A stretch of 64,000 nucleotides of DNA from Camelus ferus (lineage: Eukaryota): NCBI RefSeq assembly GCF_009834535.1, contig NC_045697.1:117368001-117432000 (forward strand). The letters are read 5' to 3'. The translations under genes and the position numbers were made by a program. The notes beneath the pieces are model-generated. The model was given only the letters and a program-made list of their open reading frames with translations, ran no database searches and was not told the origin of the DNA. Positions 38,351 to 51,558 of this stretch are shown one piece after another. Position 1 is the stretch's first letter. Each line of letters starts with the position of its first letter.

Positions 38351-38988
38351 TCAGAAGGACAAAAACCAAGATTATTCTCCCCGTAAGGTGTAGTATGGAT
38401 GAGCGAGTTGCAAAACTGGGAGCACACACGTTACTTGGCAGAGTTCTGCACTGACCCACAGAAGCACCGGGATGTGGTGGGTTGGGGGTGGCAAGGCTGC
38501 AACCTACCTCTCCAGGGCGAGCCATCATCTTAGACTGCGACGTGCGGGGAGGGGCTTCCTCGGAGTTGGACAACACAGTGACCCGTCCAGGGAGACAGAT
38601 GTCGGTCTGCTCAGAGAGAGTAGACAGCTAAAGCTGGCTTTGAAAACTACAGTTAGCATTATATTATTATATTATGGAGCTGAATGAAATAGTGTAATCG
38701 TTCATGCTATGATATACGGCAAAAAAATTTTTGCCTCGCGCAAACGTTCCCTTCTCCTGATTGTTTTTCTGAGTGCTTTTTTTAATCCCCCATGTCTGTC
38801 ACCCACCAGATGATGTTTGGATGAGAAAACTTTACACTTGGAACTTCAATGCTATGTTTTTCCTTGAATTATGGTCCATCCACATCAAGCATCCTTAAGT
38901 GACCCTTCCGGTCCTTTATGATAATCCACCTACGGTACATCGTTGTTCACCAGCACTGCCTCTCCGGTTCATCTGTCCTGTCATGAAG

Positions 38989-39087
38989 TGGATATGTATG
39001 TACATGTATAACTGAATCACTTTGCTGTACACCTGAAACTAACATTGTAAATCGACTACACTTCAATAAAAAAAGAATTTTAAAAAA
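38989..39087 (+). mobile_element. 5'-truncated artiodactyl-type L1 3' terminus
   Basis: tataactgaatcactttgctgtacacctgaaactaacattgtaaatcgactacacttcAATAAAaaaa. Confidence 0.85.
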
Positions 39088-39107
39088 TACACTTAGAGAA
39101 AACCAAA

Positions 39108-39159
39108 AAAAATTAATAGTTGCCCAAAACGTCAACAGTGCCGAGATTTGGAAACCCTG
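39108..39159 (+). mobile_element. MER20 (hAT-Charlie) terminal fragment
   Basis: gcccaaaacgtcaacagtgccgagatttggaaaccctg matches the recalled MER20 end. Confidence 0.7.
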
Positions 39160-40454
39160 GTTTAACTTGAGGTAAGCGTGGAAAAGTCCACGATGAGATC
39201 TGATACACTTCCCTGAAGGTCAGGAGAGAGATGTGGTCAGGACCACGTCTGGCCAACTAGCAGAGCAACCCCGGCAGTAACCGAGGTCTTCTCTGTTTTT
39301 ATATATTACCCCGTAAAGGTTTACTGACAATTCTGTGCCCTAGTCTAGAGTGTGCAATTACTCAATCGATGAATAGATTTTAAGGAAATATTCTGCTCTT
39401 CAAATAAATTTGCCCTTTAGGTTTGTTTTGAAATAGCAATGAATGACTGTTCTTCAAAGAGCTTTGAGCGAGACTGCATAAAATTGTGAAAATAGATAAT
39501 GAAGCGCAAGGAATAATTATTAAGCATTTACGTGAAGGAGTTTTTACAAGTATATAATGATTTTGGTCCTGGTGTCAAAGAATCCAGTCTCCTTAAGAGA
39601 AATGGTTATTATCTTCACCAGATTCTGTTTTCTATTCAATTGGAAATGAGGGAAATACTTGTAAATGCTTTAAAGGAATATTCCTGTCAACCTGCAATCG
39701 TGATTTCCTTTGGACATGACACTCATTCATGGTGAAATAATTTGATTTGAGTCTTCAGGAGCTAGCCCAAAAGATGCTGGATGCAACACATTCATCAAAT
39801 TCATTGCACATATGCTCCTGTGGAAAGTCAGCCTTTTCATGTCGGTTTCTGCAGATTTTCCCTCATGGAAACCCACTCTGTCATTCCTGGGGGTGTCCCC
39901 TGCTTGGGGTGGGGTTCCGTGTGTGGGTGACTGTGGACTTGTCTGTACAACAGTGAACAGCTCCTTCAAGACTTCCTTGTCCTTGTTTCTTCCCTCACCC
40001 CACTGTGTAAGAGTTTGTTTGTTGCCATTGAGATGCTCAAGGACCTCTGACAACGGTATCCCTGAGAGGGACTTCCATCATTCTGATCCAGGGCCTCAGA
40101 CAGTTTTCTAGAGAAGGCTTTTTATTTGGGACAAAACAAGAAAAGCCAGAAAGAAATGGAAGACTTCTCATGAAGGTTTGTCTCAGAAAATGTTCTTGGA
40201 ACAACCCTTGATGTATTTTACAGACCTCTTGTTTCTATGCGATGCACTCAAACTTTCCTCCTAGAGTCAACTGAAACCAATTTGTGCTTTGGGAAATCAC
40301 CTAAGATTGGCTCAAAGATTTCTGGACGAAGATGCCCATGACATGCATGGGTGCACACACACAGCACACAAGACAATCCAAATATCTAACAATAAATGTG
40401 AGAATGGAAGAGTAAGGTAGACAGTTCTACGACCATTTTATCATTTGTCTCTGT

Positions 40455-40570
40455 GTGTTTTAAAATTCACTTTCATCGAAGTATATTGTACATGGGCAGA
40501 GGTGGCAAATTCTAAGTGTATTTACCTATAAATTTTCACCAAGTTTATTCCTGTAAACACAACATAGGAA
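40455..40570 (-). mobile_element. Old L1 3' terminus fragment
   Basis: actttcatcgaagtatattgtacat...aaattctaagtgta...aaattttcac. Confidence 0.5.
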
Positions 40571-40920
40571 AAAGTTGAATATGAACCAGTATTTTCAATA
40601 TAAGGATTCACCATCTTTTTATGCAATGTACACTTTATAATGCAGATTTTATTTTTTTCTAATTTTGTCAATTTCCCTTTTTACTGTTGTTTTAGTTTTT
40701 AAAGTTAATCAAATTACTGTTCCTTTTTTATCCTCTCATGTGAATGTGGGATTTCTTCTTTTTTTTTGTAATTCCATTAATGTTTACCCTGCATCATAAT
40801 CAAATGCTCTACCATCACCAAATACAGACCGAATGCCAGTATTATCGTCTTTCTGTTAATAATGTAATCCAAGCACCTGCACTTAGTAGACAATCCATTT
40901 AAAGAATTAATGAATATATC

Positions 40921-41023
40921 ACTATTATTGTATGAACACAAAAAAAAACTATTATTGTATAAATGCAAATGTACACTATTATTGTATAAACATTCCAAAA
41001 AAAATACTGTATAAATGCAAAAA
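40921..41023. repeat. 27-bp period minisatellite, about 4 copies
   Basis: actattattgtat starts at 40921, 40948 and 40975 (exact 27-bp spacing), with a degenerate fourth copy near 41002. Confidence 0.85.
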
Positions 41024-41559
41024 ATGTTGACTCACCAAAGAGCTCTATTCTCCAGATTCCCGCTTGGAATACATTTAACTTCTCCAATTTTGCCCCCAGG
41101 TTATGCTTTCGCAGCAGGGACTTCATCCTTTGCTTTCCATTACCACATTCCCTGCATTGTGTTCCATCTACGAGAATCCTCCTGTGACATGACATATCGT
41201 TAAACCCTTCTGGTCGCTATGACAACCCATACACTCATTGTTCACCAGCATTTCTTCCCTGTTTCCTCTGTACCACCTTAGAGAGTCTTGATTAGTTTAT
41301 TATGTTTATACTGTTTGTCTGTTTCCTTTGGTGGATGGTATAGTCTGAAAAACCCTCTACAAGCAAACCTGTATCTACTTCACGCTGGCTGATCAGTGGT
41401 ACCCTGGCTGGAAAAGGATTCCAGGTGGGCAGCCTTTGCCTGTCAGTCCTCTGTGATCCCACAGTATCCCAGCTCCCAGTGTTGCCTGGTGCAAAATTCA
41501 TTCTTTGTTTCCCTTGTAACTAGCTCCCTTCCTCTGAAAGCTTAGAACATGAGCTCCTT

Positions 41560-41960
41560 AATCACGGACTTCCTGAATTTCACCCAGATAAGCATCAATC
41601 CTGCTGAAGATGAAATTTCTCTCTCCTTCAATTTTTATTTTTCCTCCTTCCATTTTCCTATCCTTTTCTTTTGAATTTGTATGCATCTATTTTCCAAGTC
41701 CATGTCTTTTTCTGTCATGAATTCCATTCCTTTGCATTTTGCTCTGTTCAAGCCATTTGTTCTATTTTATCTTCAAGATTACTTTTCCCAGGTCTCAACT
41801 GTGAAACTTTAGTCCTTTACATCGTCGCTAAAATTTTCATATTAAAAAACATTATGGAATATTTAGTTTCCCAATAGTCTTGGTAGCTATGTTCAAATCT
41901 CCTAGAGTAGTTTCTTTGCTTATTAATCAAGTTATAGCCTACCTCCTCCAGCAAATCCAA
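41560..41960 (-). mobile_element. Old L1 ORF1-like fragment
   Basis: T/C-rich strand typical of antisense L1 ORF1. The similarity is compositional and patchy. Confidence 0.35.
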
Positions 41961-43621
41961 ACCCCTAGGAACTGGCTGTTTTGGGTTTTGTTCCTGTTTC
42001 CAGTTCCTGAGTACTCCCAGCCGAACAGTTATTTTTCTTTACCTATTTATGATGTCAAATTCAGGTTTATGTTTGGCTTTATCCAAAATAACAGCAGGTG
42101 TGAACTTACGCTCTGACCTCATAATTCTCCCAAAGTTCAGATGAAACTGCTCCATCAGTGTCAGGAACAGGGAAGGTCCAGGCACAGAGTCAAACTCTCA
42201 GCAGCTGCTCTGAGCTCAGGGACCACAGGGTGTCCCCAGGGACACTGACCCCAGCTGTCGCTGCCATCTTCCCTCTGCATCTGTGCAAGTCAGGGCACCA
42301 AGCTCTCTGCAGACTCTGTTCAAATCCCACTGTGTCTGCAAACCTCTTCACTGCAGATCACCAAGCTGCCTGAGGCCCGGGAAGGAGTGGGACCAGTGCC
42401 TGTTTCCTCTGGTGAGACTCTGGTGGTGCCGGAGGCTTTTCCCACACCTCACAGCCCTGACAGGCTTCCCCAGAAACTGCTCCACTCATCGGAGGAGGAC
42501 TGGAGTTAGATGAGGAGAACAGATTCAGTTTCAAGCAAAAACCCTTCCAGACCCCTTTTACAAAGTATCAGAAGTCTCACCTAGCCCTTGAAAATCAGAA
42601 AAAAAGTAAACTGAGATTTTATTGTCACTATGGTTGTTGCAATAATGGTAATATTACAGGGAAAAGTTATGCCACATCACGGGAAATATTCAGGATTTGG
42701 TTTGGCATGGTTAGCATCATTTCTCTAAACTGGTCCAATACATGCAAATGGAATTCTCGTGTTTCATTGTTCGATTATTATTATGCTTCATAAGCAGAGT
42801 AGAATTAAAAGATGCTAATTGTTTTATATCCTTACTAAAATAAGAATCCTGCATCTCACTGTCAATAAAAACAAAACAATGGGGAAAATTCTTTGTGCAT
42901 ATGACAGAAAGCACAATAATTCTATGGCATTCTAAATACAAAAAGGTGTCTCTATTGCAGATATCAGCATTCTCCCCATATTATTCATTCTATTATGTGT
43001 GGCCAACATTGTTTGAAAACAGAGATGACCCTTCAGTTATTTAAATCATACAGTAGAGTCCAGTGGTTTCCCCGTAAAACAGAGAACTTAAAAGCCAAAA
43101 ATGTCTTCAGTTTTCAGTGCTGAGACAGTGTAAGATGAACACATTTTAAAGACCAAAGACCAATGTAGGAAGAGGAAAAAAATAACACATTTAGAACACC
43201 ACACTTCTCCATAATCCAAACTAATTTTTGATTTATAAATTTAATGTTAAATTTATAATTTAACTTGGATCTTTAAAAAGAATACTGGATTAGAGTTGAA
43301 CAAATGAAAAAATAATCATTTTCAACAACTTAATTATGTTCTCAAAATATGAAAATTAGTAGTATTATCTTGTAATATTTCTTGTATTATTTGTAAAGTC
43401 ACAATCCAGATAATCATTTAGAATTTGATTCTTTATGCCCATGAATGTACTACAAAGTTGCAATAAGTCAATATACACATACATACAATGTACCAGTGAA
43501 TTTATTTGATATCATATACAGATAACACCATAAGTTACAACCCACTCCCCCCAAAAAAACTTGATTCTAAACCCCAGTGCTACCTTTCCCTAGTTCGTTT
43601 TTGTAAGTCAGTTACACAACG

Positions 43622-43742
43622 CAAAGTTTCTAAAACTTTAATGTGCATATGTACCCAAGGTCTTGTTAAAACACAGATGCTTACCTTAACAAGCTCCTGG
43701 GTAATGCTGCAGCAATTCGTGGATCACCTTTTTCAAAAACAG
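43622..43742. mobile_element. MER5A-like hAT-Charlie fossil, internally deleted
   Basis: tttctaaaactttaatgtgcata...cttgttaaaacacagat...ttaacaagctcctgggtaatgctg. Confidence 0.7.
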
Positions 43743-45171
43743 AGGACCTTTTGATCTCCTTAAATATAACCGAACTCAATGCTCATGAAAGTCACACTGG
43801 AATGAAATTTGCAATTGGCAGCCTTTGTGTATAAACACTGTATTTATTTGAGTTTTGAAAAAAATATTGTGGAGAAAACAATAGCTGATCTAAATCATTT
43901 TAACCTTTTTTTCCGTATTGCAACTTATGAGCAGAAAGAGTGGAACATTAATTTAAAATTGAAGTGGAAAATGATTGAAGGAAATGCCAATGGTCGAGAT
44001 GATTATTTTCCTAAACTTTTCAAAAGAGTCCTTTCTGATAACAGACACTTATCCTAAAATGTAATGTCAACTGCAAATTAGGGGCAATCATACCACAGAA
44101 AACACTTAGACAGCTCTTGTCAAATCTCTGGTTTTTGCATTAAGATAGGTATATAAAAAAGTTGAACACTGCTTGATTTTTCTATTTCTCTGTCCTCGGT
44201 ATTGCGTTTCCTCCCTGTGTTGTAGATCTGAAGTCTGCACAAATCCTCTCGCCAATGCTTATATGAAGATGAACATCAGCCTCTTCATTTCCTAACTGCA
44301 GCTCTGTGCTCAAGCCACCTGCCTTTTGTTTCTTCTCAGCAGACTCACACCATTCCAATTCCACATGGTTCTTTGAAAATCGTGTAAAGAGAAAGCTGCC
44401 CTTTCTTTTTCCCTGCAGGGTATGTTAGGATATTCCATTATGCACTGGCATTTGAGTGGGAAACCTAGATGATGAATATATCCCGTGGAGAGATATTTCA
44501 AACCCCACTTGGCTCAGAAGTGCTCTGGGGAGCTGAGTTTTATTTACTGAACAGTTCTGAAATGGTTCCCCATGATGCATCATTGTTGCTGGTGTTTGGT
44601 CTTTATTCCCTACCGAGTGAAATGTGATTAGTTTTAAAGTAAAGGTATGTTAAAATGACCTTTCAGTCCCTGCTGATACAAAGAAAGCCATTTCTGAGCC
44701 AGGAACCACCATTTAGCTGCCTAAACGACCTTCTGTTCACTTTTTGCCTCCTCCCTGGGGCAGAGGTCTTTCCTGTGTTTTCTGCTTGCTTCTTTTGTTT
44801 CTTTTTGACTATCCTAGCTCTTGGATTGGTTTTGATTTTCATTTTGATGTGTGTAAATAAGTAAAAGACTTTCAATCTTTTTCATTGTATATCTTTTCCA
44901 CAGCTCAGATGTTTATTCTGTCAATTTCAGTATGTTTTCATTATTTTTAAATATGCAAATAAATATGTTAATTAAGATGAGAAGAAAATGGAAATAAGAA
45001 AAGAAATTTTTGTGAAGACATTTTTAGTAATTTAAAAGGACGCTTGGCAAGGCTATATCCTAATGTATAGGTAGATAGATGGATAGACAGATATGTGTTA
45101 TTTGAGCAAAAAATTAGCAGGAGGAACTTTTACTATCCCATTATTAAAATCACAAAAAAATGTGAAAAACT

Positions 45172-45310
45172 ACAACTATCAACAGCTTGTAACAATGTAT
45201 AAAGAAAAAGAATATGAAAAAGAATTGTATATGTATGTGTAAATGAATCACTATTCCATATACCAGAAACTAACACAACATTATAAATCAACTATACTTC
45301 AATTACAAAA
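45172..45310 (+). mobile_element. 5'-truncated artiodactyl-type L1 3' terminus
   Basis: gaaaaagaatatgaaaaagaa...tgaatcacta...ccagaaactaacacaacattataaatcaactatacttcaat. Confidence 0.85.
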
Positions 45311-45719
45311 ATCTACAGCTAAAATAAGACATACCAAATCTACCCAACACCACAAAAAGCAATCTGGAGTCACAACTACATGGTAAGCATTGTGGTAAGC
45401 TCTGCCAAAACAGAAATACATGGCATTAAAATTTTTTATTTGTTTGGTACACAGTTTTCTAGTGATTTGCCCAAAGTCAATTGTTATTGATATTTCCTTC
45501 TCTTTCTGTGTGAAATACTTTCCTGATCCAGTTGCAGGAAATAATACATAGAAATGATGCAAATCTGGCATAAGAAGGATTTAGGAGATTGGTCCAACTG
45601 TGTCAATAAGACTAAAATGTTTCAACTTGCTGTACTATGTTTGTGCTCCACAATAAGCATGTGGATTTATTGAGTTTTGGGGGTTTTTTTGACTAGACCA
45701 TTCTAAAAGTTAACAAACT

Positions 45720-45900
45720 CAGTGGTTCTCAAAGTATGGTCCCTAGAGTAGCAGCAAAAGCACCACCTGGGGAATTGTCATAAATGCACGTTTTCAGGAC
45801 ACAACTCAAAACACACTGATCTGAACACTCTGAGTGTGGAGCCCAGAAATTTCTATTTTAATAATAAGCTCCCTGGGGATTCTGATACACATTAAGTTTC
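45720..45900. mobile_element. MER5A hAT-Charlie fossil
   Basis: cagtggttctcaaagtatggtccc...cacctggggaattgtcataaatgca...ggggattctgatacacattaagttt. Confidence 0.85.
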
Positions 45901-46849
45901 CTCTAACCTAATTCCCTCTTTATCAAAGGAGATCATTGAAATTGAGGCATTACCCAGATCACACAACTAGCTAAAATCTTGCAGAACATAAGTTGTAGCA
46001 GGTACTGGGCACCCAGTTACACGGTCTGATCCATGGCATAATTGAAGTCATGAAATAATTACATATGAAAAGTAAGATCATGTTTTATATCTGCATTATT
46101 TCAGCATTTGGGAGCATACGGCATTATTCTAATACCAACAGCAAATCAAAAATTAAACCTAATCAGTCAGGTCATATTGCATAATTATTTAAATGTCTAA
46201 CGGTGACAAGAGGTCCAGCATAAGGTTAGGTTCTACTGCTGAGAAGATTTCTTACAGTTATTAGAGAGGTTGGTCTGTTTTTGCCTTAGTCTAACACAAT
46301 TTGAATCTGAATTCAGGATGTCTTCAGTTTGATTGTTGAAGAATGGCTGTAGAAGACGTTGAGCAGAGAAACAGAAATTGCAAAGGAGTTATTTCTGAGA
46401 AAGTAATGAAAGGAGTTAATGTATCTTTTAGTATGGAGAAAAATATCAATGATCAGTGAAAAGATAAAATTGTGGTTGCCTTTAAGCACATGAAATACAT
46501 ACATTTCTGTGTCTTCCACTGTCATTCTCCACTCATTATTTCCCATCTGCCTACAAAGATACCCAGATGACACCACCTGAAAAATAAAATTTCCCTAAAT
46601 CTTCATTTAATCTGCCATGCTAAATTCATTCTTTCCTTCACTGCAAATTGTAGCTTTTTATAGGCTACAAAGTTAATACTGATTAAAAGTTGAAAATTTG
46701 TATGAAGTACCTCTAATTAATGTGTGCTGTCAGAGGCTGTATGTATGTTCATTTGGTTGCCAAAAGGCAAAACATCATAATTGCTTTGAAGCTTTTAAAA
46801 AAGCTAACAAACTTTGAAATTTTCCATTTCACTAAATAGTCTTTTAAAG

Positions 46850-47330
46850 GCATAATTGCAGTGGGTACTAAATATTCTGTTACATAGACATACTGTAATT
46901 TGCCAATGCCCAATTTTTAGATATTTCACTCATTCCCAACTGTTCATTATTATGCATGAACCTGTGATGACAAACATCCTTGTAGCATATAAATAAAATT
47001 TTTGAGTAACTCATCTCTTAGTCTTAGCTAAAAATCTAAAAAGTAAAATTAACCAAAACCACTTAGAATTTTGCTATACATTTCAAGTTGCCTTTTATAC
47101 TTCTGTAGAAGTATTAACATTCAACAAGTGATATTTAAAACTTTTACTATTTTTATATCTTTAACAATTTTATAAAGCAATAATGATATTTTTGTTTCTG
47201 TTTCATTAAGTGTTATTTCTGTGGTGGGATAATGTTCTTAAATAATTATTGGCCATTTGTATTTCCTGTTCAAGTACTTTGCCCATGTTTAATGATGTGT
47301 TCATGCTTTTTTATCAATACTCAAAAAACT
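46850..47330 (-). mobile_element. Old L1 (L1ME-like) fragment
   Basis: tgtgatgacaaacatccttgtagcata...ttattggccatttgtatttcctgttcaagtactttgcccat. Confidence 0.6.
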
Positions 47331-47439
47331 CTTAAATTTAAATATTTTGTATTTCTACTGTAGATATTTATTGTTAATATTTTGAAAAGAGCAGTTAAAA
47401 AGCACTGTCTAATTTTATTTGCATTCTTCTCTTCTCAAA

Positions 47440-47700
47440 TTTTAAGAATCTATTATCTTCTCCCACTGCCGCAAAAACTGCTCTTGCTAAGAACATCCTC
47501 TCAGTCAAAACGCACGTCACTCCTCCTACATTAACTGTCTGCAGCCGGTGTCTTGCCACCTCTACACCTTAAAATTCTTCTGCTTTGATTTCCCTGGTTC
47601 TACTTCCATCTCTTGGACTAAGTCTTTCATTTCCTCTCCGTCTCCTCTTTCTTTGAACTCCCTTGAAAAGAAGTCTTCCTTGGAGTCTTGTATTGGTTCT
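47440..47700 (+). mobile_element. Probable L2 fragment
   Basis: aaaactgctcttgctaag and a pyrimidine-rich ccctggttctacttccatctc segment resemble L2 RT (ETALLKV...LSWFSSYL). Confidence 0.4.
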
Positions 47701-49369
47701 ATGATCTTGGTTCAAAATACTCACAAGAAGAGAGAGATCCCTGAGAGGCAAGGAGGGCACTGGGCTCAGACTCGAAAGAATTTAGTTTTGTCTGAAATCT
47801 CCAATTCTACCAGCAACTCCTCACTGAGCAGATAATCCATTTTCAAATTAAAAAGATAGTAACTGAAGCCAACAGACTGTCAGCATTTAAGCATACCGAT
47901 TTAACTTTGTCCTTGCAATTTTTTTTCTCCTCCTTTCCTGTTACAACTGTTTGCCTTGGTTAAGACCTCTCCTAGGCTACTGAGAATTGCTTAAAACAAA
48001 CATATGAAAAGAAATAACACAAAATAGCACCACCAACAAAATTCATCACGAAACAGATGGCTACTACTATCAACCATAAATTAATGTGTAGCTCCTTCAA
48101 CTCAGCCCTAAAGATAGCAATTCTGAGTTTTTTCCACAAAAGCAAGTTCTTCTCTCTCCTTTCCCTTTATAATGACTCCTTAAAAGTTAGATCCTTGGGA
48201 GACAAATTGCATAAATCCAAATCTTCATGTACTCTGGTTCCAAGGCCAAAAGTAAGATATGATACAAAACTCAGGGCAGTAGCTGAAAGAAGAGGTAAAG
48301 ACACAAGAAAGGTATTATTTTACTTTTAAGATGATTATATTTAAACACATTTTAAAGCTAATGGGAAAGGGAATTTTTTTTAAAATATGTTATATTCTAG
48401 GTCTCAGTTTTATGATCTGAACAATGGTGAAAATCTTAAAAATTTCTCAAATATAAAGTTGACATTAGTTGTCTGATAATAGTAAAAATTTAATTTTTAA
48501 AACATGATACTTACTCTTTCCCCCTCTTCATTTAAAATATGACATCTACATTGTTATCCATATGGTTCCTTCCCTAATTCTCATTCACTCTTTGACTGAC
48601 CTGAAAATTGGAAACAGGCAGAAGAGATTACTGGGTGGTTCCCACTGCACTGCTCAGCTTAACTTTCTACAGATGGGGTGATTTAGAAAAAAATTTATCG
48701 AGGCAGAAGTTGTAGACTTCTGTCTGTTCAGTCAACAAATTGTTTCTGTCTGGTGAAACTGTAATTCCAGAAGTTAGAGTGGATAGTTCTATCAGACAGT
48801 AATAGTTTTGTATCTAACTCCTGTCTGGCACTTCTTTGTGAAGTTGTCAGCAAATACGTAATTCTCAAATGTTCTTTGGGTCATTTATAGCACCTTTCTT
48901 ATAATTAATGAGTTGAATACAATTTTTGATAAGAGTTCACTTTATTTTTCATACGAGTCATGATTTTAACTTTTTGGAAAAATACTTAAATTCACTGCAA
49001 TCTAGCACAATATTTACAGTATTATGGCAAAGGAAGAGTATTTGTCTCTGTCCATTGAGAAGTGTAAGGTTCACATCTATTAAATAAATTGCCCGGTTTC
49101 GCACAGCTTCTGAGGGCTGGGCCTAGAAATGGGGAGGATTTTCACAAATCAGGCCAAATGACCACATGCTGAAGTTCTACAAAGTTGTGAATACATTAAA
49201 TGGCAAAGCCTTCGAGTACTATTAATTTTATTAAATATTTTTGGGAAAATGTGGAATTTAAAGTATAAATTTTATACTATACATATTTTTGTACTGAATC
49301 CCAAATTATATGAAATTTTATGATTGCTCATGAAATGACAGAGATTATGGACAAAGCAGGAAGGACAGG

Positions 49370-50700
49370 AAAATGTTGTTATAAATATGCAGCAGATAGT
49401 CAAAGGTAACTGTGACCATGATGTGGAGAAAAATAAAGGACATTAAAAAGAACTACATGAAGCATCTAGAGATAAACACATACAATGTCTGAAAATTTTA
49501 AAATATACATACTAAAAGGATTTAAGAGAAATTTAGGTACTGAACAAATATAATAAGAGAATGTACAACAAAGAACACCAGTGATCAATGGGAAGGTAAA
49601 ATGTGTGAGTTATTAGAGAAATTTATTTAAGAAAAAGGAAAGAAAAAGGGAGTATAAATATAAAGAAATGAATGGCTGAAATTTCCCCAAATTTGGCAAA
49701 TTCAAACAAGCTCAACAAATCCAAAGAAAAAGAAAACCACCAAGGCACATCTTAATCAAATTAGGAAAAAATCCATGATAATGAGTAAAATCTTTAAAGT
49801 CAAGAGAAAAAAAAACAGACAGTACACAAGAGGAACAGAATAAAAGTGACAGCCATTTCTTGTCAAATCATATGTCAAGAGACAACAGAGAGACATTTAC
49901 AAAGTAAATTAATTTTAAAAAATAGAATTCTCCATTCAGTAAAAATACCTTAAAAATGAAAAGGCAAAACATTTTTTAGACAAACATCGAGAGAAATCAT
50001 TGTCAGTAGACTTAGGAAAGACATGGTAAAAAGAAACTTTTCAGGAAGAAAAAAAAAAAAGATATCAGACAGAAATTTGAATCTGCAAAAGGATTCAGGA
50101 GACCCAGAAATGATTAATACGTGAGTAAATATAGAAGACATTTTCTCATTTTAATCTCTTTAAAACATAAATGACTTTAAAGGCAAAAAGTAAATACTAA
50201 TGTATTTTGAGTTTTATACCATACATAAAATATATAACGCCAATAGCCAATGAAATGAAGTAGACAAAGTATGTTGTTGTAAGGTTCATATACTATACAT
50301 GAAGTGGAAAAATATTATTTAAAAATAGACTGTGACCACTAAAGAGAGAGAGACACAGAGATAAAAATAGAGATGGCGGTGGGTGGTAGAGAGAATCCAA
50401 CAGTAGAGGAAAGAACAAATAATTGAAAACTCAGTTTTTGAAAATGGTGGCACAGAGGGAAGAAAAACAGACCAGAAAGCAGACAGAACAAACAGAACAC
50501 ACAGCAAATAGTTTTAAACGCAACCATATCAATAATTATAATAAATGTAATTGATTTAAATTCTCAAAGTAAAAACTGAGGATTGTCATAGGTAATTGTT
50601 TTCAAAAGCCAGCTCTTTGTTATCTACAAGAAACCCATCCTAATTTTGTGTATGCAGATGAGGTAAGAGCCAGTGGATGGAAAAAATTTCCACTTGAAAA
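49370..50700 (+). mobile_element. Decayed ancestral L1: ORF1 and start of ORF2
   Basis: aatggctgaaatttccccaaatttgg (MAENFPNL-like). At 50520-50690 the EN start resembles TISIITLNVNGLN...CYLQETH...GWKKIFH. Confidence 0.85.
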
Positions 50701-50731
50701 CAAAAGAGTGTCCTAAGCTTGAGATCTTGCT

Positions 50732-50961
50732 TGTAACAAGACCTACTGTGTGTTCAGGGGGCCACTGATGCTCAGGGAGCGATTCTGACACTCTGGTCAC
50801 TGCTGCTGTGGTGAGTGCCACAGTGCCTTTGTCTCTGACCCAGGAGTCTCGTGTCCTCTGTCAGCAGCCAGGAAACAGGCAGGCTAACTTGCCGGCTTGA
50901 GAGAAGAATACAAATAAAATAAAATGTACGGGAACACTTCAGTCCCCTCCCAGTCCTGACA
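50732..50961 (+). mobile_element. ERVL-class LTR fragment, MER54/MER74-like
   Basis: cctttgtctctgacccaggagtctcgtgtcctctgtcagca...caggctaacttg; ends cctgaca. Confidence 0.65.
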
Positions 50962-51261
50962 GGACCCGCTTCCTTTTCCACATGCCGGTCTCTCCCCGGC
51001 AGGGCTCTTCCACGGGCAGCTTGAGTGTAGCCACACCGTGCTGGCTGGCTTCCCTCGGAGAGGACCATCACAGACGTAGAAAGCCGAGTAGAAACTAACC
51101 TTCTCCTTACCTCACCTCAGAAGTCACACAGCATAATTCTGCAGTGCTCCTATTCATCGAAGTCTACTTAGTCATCAACCCACCCTGAAGTAGAGGAATT
51201 AAGCACCCTTTTTTGAAGGGAAGAGTGTCTGAAAACTTCTGGACATATTTTAAAGCCACCA
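50962..51261 (-). mobile_element. MaLR MLT1-type LTR fragment
   Basis: ggctggcttccct...cctcagaagtcacacagcat...ggacatattttaaagccacca. Confidence 0.75.
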
Positions 51262-51262
51262 G

Positions 51263-51519
51263 GTACCATGACTCTGTTTATATGAAGTTCTAGAAAAGGT
51301 AGATGTCTAATGACAGAAAACTGATCAGTGGTTGCCGTGACCAGGGGTGGAAATGGGCTGACTGCTAAAACTCACAAGGAAACTGAGGGAATGGAAATGT
51401 TCTCCATCACGATTCTTATGTTCCTTATACAACTAATAAAACTGTGCACTTAAAATTGATGAGTTTGATTGTATGTAAATTATATCTCTATAAATGTGAT
51501 TGAAAATTGGAAAAGAAAA
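51263..51519 (+). mobile_element. Old L1 (L1MB/L1ME-like) 3' terminus
   Basis: tttatatgaagttctagaaaagg...gatcagtggttgcc...actgtgcacttaaaattg...tgtatgtaaattatatctc. Confidence 0.8.
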
Positions 51520-51558
51520 TGTATGACATTCAAGAAATACTGATTATATATGTGGAGG

